Positions 1-9,767 of a stretch of 18,397 nt of DNA are shown in pieces (position 1 is the first letter of the stretch; each line of letters begins with the position of its first letter). The translations under genes were made by a program, and so were the position numbers. The notes beneath the pieces were generated by a model. The model was not told where the DNA came from, searched no databases, and saw only the letters and a program-made list of their open reading frames with translations. This DNA comes from Nitrospirota bacterium (GTDB taxonomy: Bacteria; Nitrospirota; JACRHJ01): positions 1-18,397 of the forward strand of contig CAVTDB010000007.1 of assembly GCA_963733375.1 (NCBI GenBank), in the 5' to 3' direction.

Positions 1-363
1 ACTTTAGTTTCGAAAAAAACATTCCTCAGCCTTCCATTCTTTCGTCAATCTCTCCACTTGACAATCAATAAGCAAATATAATAAATGAGTGAATTAACGC
101 TGATTTATTTACTCAATAACGCTCTTTTTTTGATTTTTTATTGAAAATGTATTTCACTACCGTAATGAATATGCTTACTATTTTAGCTATAACTTACCAA
201 AAATATGGATAAAATTAAGCCTTGAGAAAGACTAATTATTTAAAATTTCTCAATTATACCCTAGTAAAAATCCCAGATTTCTTTTTTTGATAATAAATGT
301 TAAAAAATAATGCCTTTTTTTACATTACAGCTGAGCTTGTAAATGATCTAATTTGGGTAGGCG

Positions 364-3300
364 ATGCGAAATTCAGTTCTAAGATTACTGTTCCTGTCCT
401 TTCTGGTTTGTCTGCTTTCACCAGTCATCCCTGCATATGCGGACGGAAGCATAACCATCGCACGGCGGCGCGGCCTATACGAACAGCACAAGCGTCACCC
501 TCTCTATCAGCTACCCTCCGACTACAACCAGCCTGGACATCGGGGAGCCCGGAGGAACGGTCATGTCCATCGCGCCGGCAAACATCGTCAGGTTCAGCTT
601 AAGCCCCGGCGACGGCGTCAAAACAATACAGGTTACCGCTTACTATACCTATCAATCTACGTACTGCTGCGGTAAGGATTCCTGGGGCGACTGCATCCAA
701 TGGTGCAGCCAGGAAGAAACCGCCTCGGAGGTGTATTCCAGCTCGATAATATTAGATACTGTAAAACCCGTCTTAACGTATATGCACATAAACTGCGGTG
801 CCCAGTATACCAATTCGACTACGGTGACTCTGCACCTGAGCGGATCGGATAACAATCAGATTTCGGGGATGAGGTTTGGCAACTACACGGGCGGCTGGTC
901 GCCCACGGAGACATATGGGGCTGTGAAAAGCTGGAACCTCGCTTCCGGGGACGGCTAGAAGATTGTGTATTCGCAGCTGGTTGACGCCGCAGGGAAACTG
1001 GTCGGACGTCATAAGCTCCGGGATTTTCCTTGATACCACGCCGCCGGAATCGTCCATAACGCCCTGGCGCCAGGCTCTTACTTCTCGGGAACAACTGTTC
1101 AAATCTCCGGCACGGCCGGGGACGGCACGGGTTCCGGGGTTAAAAAAGTTGAGGTCTCAACCGACGGGGGCAAGACCTGGGCAGAGTCTGATAGCACTGT
1201 GCAGGCCGACGGATGGGCTACATGGCACTTTTCATTCGCGCCGCCCGCCGAAGGTACATACTGGGTCCAGTCCCGCGCCACCGACAATGCAAATAACGTG
1301 GAAGTCACCCAGCCCGGGGACGCTTTTAACGGTGGACAATACCAAGCCCTCGTCTTCGATATATGCCTTTTTATGGAAAAAAGTCAACCCGGTTGCGGCC
1401 GCATCGATTGCCGTTTCGCCTGATTACGCAAACGACCACACCGCTTTTGCCGGGACATCGGGAAGCGGCGTCTTCAAAACGGAAGATGGCGGCGCGAGCT
1501 GGGCGGCCATAAACTCGGGCCTTACCGATTTAAAATGTTGGAAGGTCGCCGTATCTCCGGCCTACGCCTCGGACCATAGCGTCTTCATAGGGACGGAAAG
1601 CGGGATATTCAAGAGCACGGACAGCGGCGCAACATGGTCTTCCTCGGGCGTCGGTCTGCCGTCAGATAGCGGCCGCGATATAGCGTTCTCTCCAAATTAC
1701 GCCGTGGACAGGACATTATTCGCCGGGACCCAAAGCGGGGATATTTATAAAACTACCGACGCCGGAGCAAGCTGGTATCCGGCCGGGGCGCCGCTTTCCC
1801 AGCGTGCGCTCGCCCTCGCCTTGTCGCCGGATTTTGCAACGGACGACACCATTTTCGCCGGGACGGCAGGCGCGGGGTTATTCAAATCCACGGACGGCGG
1901 AGCAAGCTGGAGCCAGGTCAATTCAGGGATGGACAGCGACTATATTTCCGTCATTGGGATTTCTCCTGAATTCGCATCCGATAAAACCGTCTTCGCCTAT
2001 GGGACCGTTTCCGACGGCTCCGGCCCCGGCCTTTATAAATCCACGGACGGCGGAGCAAGCTGGAGCGGGATAAATACCGGCATAGGCGGCCTTTCCATAA
2101 CCGGCCTGGTAATATCGCCCGCGTTCGCGTCTGATAATACCCTTTATATCGGGACGGGCGGCGGCGTGTTCAAATCAGCGGACGGCGGAGCGAGCTGGAC
2201 TCTCTGCAATTCCGGCCTGACCGGCTCCGGGGTGCAGGCCCTTGCAATCTCCCCGGAATATGACAAGGACAGCACTTTATTCGCAGGCGTCCCGGAGGGT
2301 ATTTTTAAAAGTCGAGGGGACGCCCTGCTTGTAAGCGGAGCAAGTTTCACCATCACCGGAAGCGCGTCGGACGGCAATGGCTGCGGTGTCCAGAAGATAG
2401 AAATCTCCACTGACGGCGGCATTACCTGGAAAGGCCCCCAGGACGGGATGACGGACGGCGAAGGCGGCTCATGGAAGAAATGGAGCTATACCTGGACTGT
2501 CCCCGCGGACGGCGCTTATTTAATTAAATCACGCGCCACGGATAACGCAGGCAACGTAGAGGACGCCGGTGCGGGGATTACAGCCATAGTGGACAATACG
2601 TCTGCGGTTTCCGCCATTTCTTCACCTGCGCCCGGCGCTTTAAGCGGCACGGTTATGACGATAAGCGGGACGGCAAATGACGCGGGCTATGGCGTAAAGA
2701 TCGTGCAGGTCCTGCTTCCGGTCTCAGGCTCATATCAATGGGTCGATGCCGCCGATACCTCCGGCGACGGGTCATGGTCCACCTGGAGAGCTTCGACGAC
2801 TATGCCCGCCGACGGCGGATATACACTCCAGTCTCGCGCCATAGATTATTCAAATATCATGGAGGCTCCCCTGTCCGGGGTTAATATAACCGTAGCCAAT
2901 GCTGAACCTTCGTCCGCCATCAGCTCGCCTAAAGACGGCGCGTTAATCAGCGGCGCTGAACTTGCCGTTACCGGCACGGCCATAGACAACTCCGGCCTGG
3001 GAATCAATCAGGTCCAGGTCCTGTCGCCGGTAACGGGTAACTGGGTGGACGCCGATGATACCTCCGGAAACGGGTCCTGGTCGGCCTGGAGCTATTCGAC
3101 GAAAATGCCTGCCGACGGGAAATATGCGCTCCAGTCCCGCGCCGTCGATAACCTGGGCAATATTGAGACTCCCGGCGCCGGGAATAACATAACGGTGGAC
3201 AACACGAAGCCTGCGGGCAGGATAAGCATAAATAACGATTCGCCCGCGACAAACCAGACGCATGGTTACTCTAACGCTTTCGGCGACAGATTCAAGCGGC

Positions 3301-4669
3301 GTCACGGCAATGCGGATTTGCAGCGACGGCGACTTCGACGCTGTACCCTGGGAGAGCTTCGCCGCGTCAAAGGACTGTTCTCTGCCAGCGGGGGACGGCG
3401 GAAAAACAGTATATGCGCAGTTCATGGACGCCGCCGGAAACGAATCGAATACCTGCTCCGCGAATATATTGCTTGATACGGCCATTCCCGTCGTGAACAT
3501 TTCGGGTCCCGCGCCGTCTTCGATTTTATGCGGCTCCAGCGCCAACATCACCGGGACCGCATGGGATTACGGCTCCGGGTTGGACAAGGTGGAAATCTCC
3601 TTCGGCGACGGCTTCTGGACGGAAGTCTCAGGCGGGGCGACATGGAATTTTTTATGGGCTCTTCCGAATTCGGGGAATTTCACCATAAGCGCGCGCGCCA
3701 CGGATAAAGCCGGTAATGTTTCCGCAATAACTTCCATCCCAATAAGCATAGATCATATCTCACCCGTCGCCGTTGAACCCGCGGATAATGCCGTCCGCCC
3801 GGCCGCCTATACCCTGCCGCCCGGTTTCCCGGACCCGCCGGTTTTCAAATGGGCGCCGAACGCCTGCGGCAATTTCAAGATATATTTTTCAGGCGCGCCG
3901 GATTTCAAAAAGGGTCTTAAGTTCGCCTCGGACAACCACGGTATAAGCTCCACGTTCAACCCGACGGCACAGTCGTGGAATAAAATCACGCGACTTGGAG
4001 GTGTAATATTCTGGAAGATAGCGGGGCAGGACGCGCGGAAGCAGATGTTATACAGCAGCAGCCGTAAACTGGTCCTTGACGCAGGCTTTACGGACATCCC
4101 CGATAATCCCTCGACGGATGTTTTAAATATACCCGAAATGAAATGCGATCCCGGAGCGAGCTCATCGCTATTCGTGCAGTTCTCGTCCGAGCCTTATTTC
4201 ATAGCCCCAGTCAATTCGCCAAAGCTTCAGTACGGCTCAACCGTATCATACAGCCCAAGCAAAGGCACGTGGTCGAAGATTACCAGGCTGGGTCCCGCGT
4301 TCTACTGGCGGTTCTCAGGGAAGCTTTCCACGGGCGAGACAACCTTCAGCGGGACGCATCTGACATCCGTGACAGGCGGCCCGGAAATCGCCGACCCATC
4401 CATGGATTCCGCTTTGGACTCTCCGCCTGTCATAACCTGGGACACGGCCGGTTTTGCGTCCTGCACGGTCCAGGCAAGCGCTACAGAGGATTTCCCGGCT
4501 AAACCTCTCCTGCTCGGGGTTTCAAAAACAGGCATGCCTTACCGTCGGCGGCGCGGCATGGAAAAAAATTACCGCCTTGGGGAGCCCGGTTTATGTAAGG
4601 GTGGCCGGAACGACGGCGGAGAAATATACCGCATATGGCCCGCCGCTGAGACTGGCCATTACGAAATGA
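364..4669 (+). CDS. Large secreted/surface multidomain protein of ~1430 aa (Ig-like repeats, Asp-box/BNR beta-propeller, three C-terminal repeats); interrupted by frameshifts and an in-frame TAG (sequencing errors or pseudogene)
   Basis: It begins with the signal peptide MRNSVLRLLFLSFLVCLLSPVIPAYA. The track ORFs 364, 563, 963, 1199, 3262 and 4454 join into one coherent repeat protein, with frame changes near 461, 995, 1062, 1305, 3261 and 4534 and a TAG at 956-958. Recurrent motifs are GDGxKT/IVYxQxxDAAGN, SRATDNAGNVE and S/TxDGGxS/TW. The stop is TGA at 4667-4669. Confidence 0.8.
1362..2318 (+). repeat. Seven ~46-aa beta-propeller blade repeats with six Asp-box motifs
   Basis: Seven SPx(Y/F)xxDx(T/S) units are present (SPDYANDHT, SPAYASDHS, SPNYAVDRT, SPDFATDDT, SPEFASDKT, SPAFASDNT, SPEYDKDST) with six Asp-boxes between them. 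An identical 30-bp repeat AAATCCACGGACGGCGGAGCAAGCTGGAGC occurs at 1884-1913 and 2037-2066. Confidence 0.85.
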
Positions 4670-4729
4670 AAAAAGGCGCATGCAGTGCGGAGCACAGCCA
4701 TGCAAAGGTTGGCATCAAGCCGCCAGCTT

Positions 4730-6145
4730 TTAAAACGTGCTGCCGTTCTGGGACTGAGAGAAGAACTGGTAGTTGTTCCTTCCCAGGTCTTTTGCCTGAT
4801 ACATCGCCGCGTCAGCGTTCTTAAGCAATACCTCCGCATCCTCTCCGTTGACCGGAAAGAGCGTGATGCCGATGCTGGCTGTGATAAATATCTCGTTGCC
4901 GTTTATGTGGACGGGCTGGGACAGGGCCTCGATTATACGCCGGGCGACCAGCGCGGCGTCGTCCGCGTTATTTATCCTGCTAAGCAATATTACGAATTCG
5001 TCCCCGCCAAGACGGGAAAAATAAGCCGTCATGCCTTCCGTGCCCAGATAGATGACGGAGTCGCTTTTCCTGAGCGAAGCCGCTACCTTTTCCACCACCT
5101 CTTTCAGCAGGAGGTCTCCCGCGCCGTGCCCAAACGTATCGTTTATGTGCTTGAAATTATCGAGGTCCAGGAAAAGTATTCCCAGTAGTCCGTCGTGGCG
5201 TTTGGCGTGTTCGAGGGCCTGCTCAAAGCGGTCCATGAAAAGCATCCTGTTCGGCAGGCTCGTAAGGCTGTCGTAATACGCCAGGAACTTTATCTGTTCT
5301 TCGGTGCGTTTTCTGACCTTGATCTCGTTCTCTAACTTCGCCACTGCTTCCGTAAGCTTCCGGGTGCGCTCCTTCACCAGCTCTTCCAGGTGGTTCTGGT
5401 ACTGCTTCAGTTCCTCTTCCTGTTCTTTTCTCTCGGATATGTCTTCGCAGGTCGTGACAATCGCCACCGGCTCGCCGGCCTCGTCCCGGACGATATCCGA
5501 GACCAGCTTCACCGGGAATACCGATCCGTCTTTCCGGTAGTTTACGGTTTCGCGTATCCAGGTCTTCGCATCCCTTAACTCCTCCAGCGCGAGGGGCTTC
5601 CTCATGTCCGGCGTCACGAATACCGTGATGTCCTCCCCGAGCAAGTCTTCGGCGTTATACCCGTGCATCTCCGCCTCAGCCGGGTTGATATAAAGTATCC
5701 GCCCGTTGCCGTCTCTTATCGTTATCCCCGTCCTCGTTGTATTCGCCGCCTTGTCCAGGAGCAAAAGCGCGCCTTCCGCTTTTTTTCTTTCGAATATCTC
5801 CCGCTCCAGGTCCGCTATATACTGTTTTATCTCCTTGTCCTTCTGGTTTATAGTCTGGATAAGCGATTTGATGAGCATGATGTCGGCATAGACGAAGCAG
5901 GCGCTTCCCAGCAGCATGCTCGCAGTTACCGGCTGAACGGGATAATGGACGTTCCCGACCATTATAAAAACGAAGAAGATGTAACCGCTGAAGATGAGGA
6001 ATATGAGGCTGGTAGTCCTGTTGAGCTCATTCCTTATGCTCCCCGGTATTTCCTTCCTCATCCGGAGCGCAAGGAAAATTGAGGCAATTATAAGGACTAT
6101 AGCTGACAGTGTCTGGAAAAGCGAAAAACTCCGGGTAATATCCAT
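4730..6145 (-). CDS. Membrane-anchored PAS/PAC sensor diguanylate cyclase (GGDEF)
   Basis: Three N-terminal hydrophobic helices precede a PAS/PAC domain (YINPAEAEMHGY...RKDGSVFPV...DISERK) and a coiled coil. The catalytic domain has YDSLTSLPNR, DLDNFKHINDTFGHGAGD, RLGGDEF and ASIGI. The start is placed at ATG 6145 behind a GAGGG SD, giving 471 aa. Confidence 0.92.
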   Translation of the reverse strand: MDITRSFSLFQTLSAIVLIIASIFLALRMRKEIPGSIRNELNRTTSLIFLIFSGYIFFVFIMVGNVHYPVQPVTASMLLGSACFVYADIMLIKSLIQTINQKDKEIKQYIADLEREIFERKKAEGALLLLDKAANTTRTGITIRDGNGRILYINPAEAEMHGYNAEDLLGEDITVFVTPDMRKPLALEELRDAKTWIRETVNYRKDGSVFPVKLVSDIVRDEAGEPVAIVTTCEDISERKEQEEELKQYQNHLEELVKERTRKLTEAVAKLENEIKVRKRTEEQIKFLAYYDSLTSLPNRMLFMDRFEQALEHAKRHDGLLGILFLDLDNFKHINDTFGHGAGDLLLKEVVEKVAASLRKSDSVIYLGTEGMTAYFSRLGGDEFVILLSRINNADDAALVARRIIEALSQPVHINGNEIFITASIGITLFPVNGEDAEVLLKNADAAMYQAKDLGRNNYQFFSQSQNGSTF

Positions 6146-6264
6146 CGTCCCTCGTATAAAAAAACATGCCCTATATTCACGATAAGCGCAGGCGCCCGCC
6201 GCATCAGACACGATAATTATACCTAAAACAAGAAAATATACTATTATTTAATATCGCCACCCGA

Positions 6265-6768
6265 TTATTTTAATAAATCCCATCTCAGCAATACCCATGC
6301 CGGTATATAAATAGGAAGACCTTCCAGGAGTTCTTTCTGCTCCCTCATATCCGGCCGTCCAACCTTTTCATAACTGTACTTGTATTCTTTCCCGGGTTGG
6401 GATCCCAGGTCAATAAAATATTCCTTGGTTCGGCCCTTTATTTTCATCTCCCCGGTCATCGCCTCCTTCTTCTCGAAAATGCCGTTCCCGGTTTCGTCTA
6501 TCAGCCTGTACTGGAACGGAGGAGCGCCGTTTATTCCAACGTCGTAGCGGAATACATGCCCCCCGACTGAATACGACCTGAAGATTGAGCCGTCAGGATT
6601 TTTATATGTCCTGATATTGATTACGGTAGGCGGCTTTTTATCTCCTATGACCTGGTTCTCTTCCAGTGTCAGCGTCGCCTTGGAGATGTCCGGGACGAGA
6701 TATCCCGGGTGTGGGGATAGTGTTGCGCCGAGCATGAAGACGGTCAGGAATGAGACGATATAAACCAT
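6265..6768 (-). CDS. Hypothetical exported protein (167 aa)
   Basis: A strong SD (GGAGGTG) precedes ATG 6768, and the N-terminus is hydrophobic (MVYIVSFLTVFMLGA). I recognise no family motif. Confidence 0.75.
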   Translation of the reverse strand: MVYIVSFLTVFMLGATLSPHPGYLVPDISKATLTLEENQVIGDKKPPTVINIRTYKNPDGSIFRSYSVGGHVFRYDVGINGAPPFQYRLIDETGNGIFEKKEAMTGEMKIKGRTKEYFIDLGSQPGKEYKYSYEKVGRPDMREQKELLEGLPIYIPAWVLLRWDLLK

Positions 6769-6821
6769 AATCACCTCCCTTTACTTTAACTATAGCACCA
6801 TATTCTTTTCAGACTTAAAAT

Positions 6822-6855
6822 AAAAAAGCCGCCGGAATTTTATCCGGCGGCTTTT
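6822..6855 (-). terminator. Intrinsic terminator after the S24 repressor gene (possibly bidirectional)
   Basis: The hairpin AAAAGCCGCCGGA-ATTTTA-TCCGGCGGCTTTT is followed by a U-tract on the minus strand. Confidence 0.85.
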
Positions 6856-6870
6856 GATTTCATAACTTTT

Positions 6871-7530
6871 TTAGAAGTCCATCTGCTTGCGAATTATTTT
6901 CCCAAGCACCCGCATCTCCTTGGTCATTTCCTGGTCTTCGTATTTGGGGTTCAGCGGGTGCATTACCCAGACGCCGCGGTATTTTTTAAGCTGTTTGAAG
7001 GTAGCCTCTTCTTCTACGTCATTCTTGATTATTACATAATCCCCGGGCTGAGGCTGGACTTCCGGGTCGATCATTACGACCTCCCCTTCCCGGAAGAGGG
7101 GCTCCATGGAATCGCCCTTTACGCGCATGGCGAAAAGGTACTTGCTCTGCAGGTCCGTATCGACATATTCCTCGGCTACTCCCGGATATGGGTATTTATC
7201 AGAGCCGGATGCGAATCCGCCCGCCTGCACCCAGGTCAGAAGAGGCACCTTATTGTAATGTGCGGGCGTTTCCCTTATCAGCTTTTTCTCAAAATATTCC
7301 TTAAAATCGGAAGGGGCCTTCTGATGGTAGGCGGTAAAGAGCAGGTCCTTCGGCTCGATCCCCAGCTTTTTGGCATAGACGAGGAGCTGGTCGTCCTTGG
7401 GGATATGGTCCTCACCCACGACTTTCCGGAGGAGTTCGTAAGGGAGACCCAGAGCCTGGGCGCATTCCTTAACGGTGCTGAACCCCTTCCTGTTTATCGC
7501 GTCTTTTATTTTCTGGGCTACAGTCTTCAT
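6871..7530 (-). CDS. XRE-type HTH / peptidase S24 transcriptional repressor (CI/LexA-like)
   Basis: The N-terminus is HTH-like (TVKECAQALGLPYELLRKVV). It has an Ala-Gly cleavage site in VQAG, a catalytic Ser in VKGDSMEP and a catalytic Lys in EATFKQL. Confidence 0.88.
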   Translation of the reverse strand: MKTVAQKIKDAINRKGFSTVKECAQALGLPYELLRKVVGEDHIPKDDQLLVYAKKLGIEPKDLLFTAYHQKAPSDFKEYFEKKLIRETPAHYNKVPLLTWVQAGGFASGSDKYPYPGVAEEYVDTDLQSKYLFAMRVKGDSMEPLFREGEVVMIDPEVQPQPGDYVIIKNDVEEEATFKQLKKYRGVWVMHPLNPKYEDQEMTKEMRVLGKIIRKQMDF

Positions 7531-7566
7531 CAGGCCTGCCTTAGCGCTAAAGGGACCGCCATGGGT

Positions 7567-7896
7567 TTACGCCAGGAGGGCGTCGATTTTTGATTTAAGC
7601 TGGGCCTTCGGCACCGCGCCGACGACCTGGTCTACCGCCGCCCCGTTTTTAAAGAACATCAAGGTCGGGATACCCATGATGCGGTATTTGCTGGCGATGT
7701 CCGGGTTCTCGTCCGTGTTCAGCTTGCAGACTTTCATCTTGCCATCGTATTCCGTGGCTATCTCTTCCACAACGGGGGCGACCATCTGGCAGGGGCCGCA
7801 CCATACCGCCCAGAAATCAACCAGCACAAGGCCCTGCGCCTGCAGGACGTCCTGTTCCCAAGTCCCCGTAGTAACTTTTAAAGCCTTGTCTCCCAT
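7567..7896 (-). CDS. trxA: Thioredoxin
   Basis: It has the [10 protein letters not shown] active site and cis-Pro loop IPTL, is 109 aa long, and has an AGGAG SD. Confidence 0.97.
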   Translation of the reverse strand: MGDKALKVTTGTWEQDVLQAQGLVLVDFWAVWCGPCQMVAPVVEEIATEYDGKMKVCKLNTDENPDIASKYRIMGIPTLMFFKNGAAVDQVVGAVPKAQLKSKIDALLA

Positions 7897-7987
7897 TATC
7901 TTCTCTCCTGTCGAAGGTATAGATTCAGATAAACATAACCGCTTTTCCGGTCAGAAAAGCGGCGCTTAGAAATATGCTGTTTAATCA

Positions 7988-8016
7988 ATTTTAGGATATA
8001 TCAATTATTTTGTCAA
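7988..8016 (-). promoter_or_regulatory. Sigma70-type promoter for trxA
   Basis: The minus strand reads TTGACA (8016-8011), a 17-bp spacer, then TAAAAT (7993-7988), just downstream of the groEL terminator. Confidence 0.75.
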
Positions 8017-8050
8017 CAAAAAAAACCTTGATATTTTAAATGCTTCGTTA

Positions 8051-8086
8051 AATAAAAATGTTAGGCCCCCGTACGGGGGCCTAACA
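8051..8086 (-). terminator. Intrinsic terminator of groESL
   Basis: The perfect hairpin TGTTAGGCCCCC-GTAC-GGGGGCCTAACA (8059-8086) lies 11 nt after the groEL stop and is followed by T-rich sequence on the minus strand. Confidence 0.88.
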
Positions 8087-8097
8087 ATTTTAACGAC

Positions 8098-9762
<1,665 letters not shown>

Positions 9763-9767
9763 TTAAA

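Noticed and set aside
58-82. Perfect TTGACA and TATAAT hexamers on the + strand
   Set aside because: The spacer is only 13 bp, such matches are expected in AT-rich DNA, and the site is ~280 bp from the gene.
200-363. Possible c-di-GMP riboswitch ahead of the surface protein
   Set aside because: No GEMM-type GCAAA/GNRA-receptor architecture or stable stems are visible.
3262-4824. 520-aa ORF as a standalone gene ending at 4824
   Set aside because: It is a fragment of the 364-4669 gene. Its tail after ~4534 is out of frame and would overlap the GGDEF gene.
6871-7530. Prophage or canonical lexA call for the S24 gene
   Set aside because: No phage genes or att-like context are present, and the N-terminus is XRE-like rather than a LexA winged helix.
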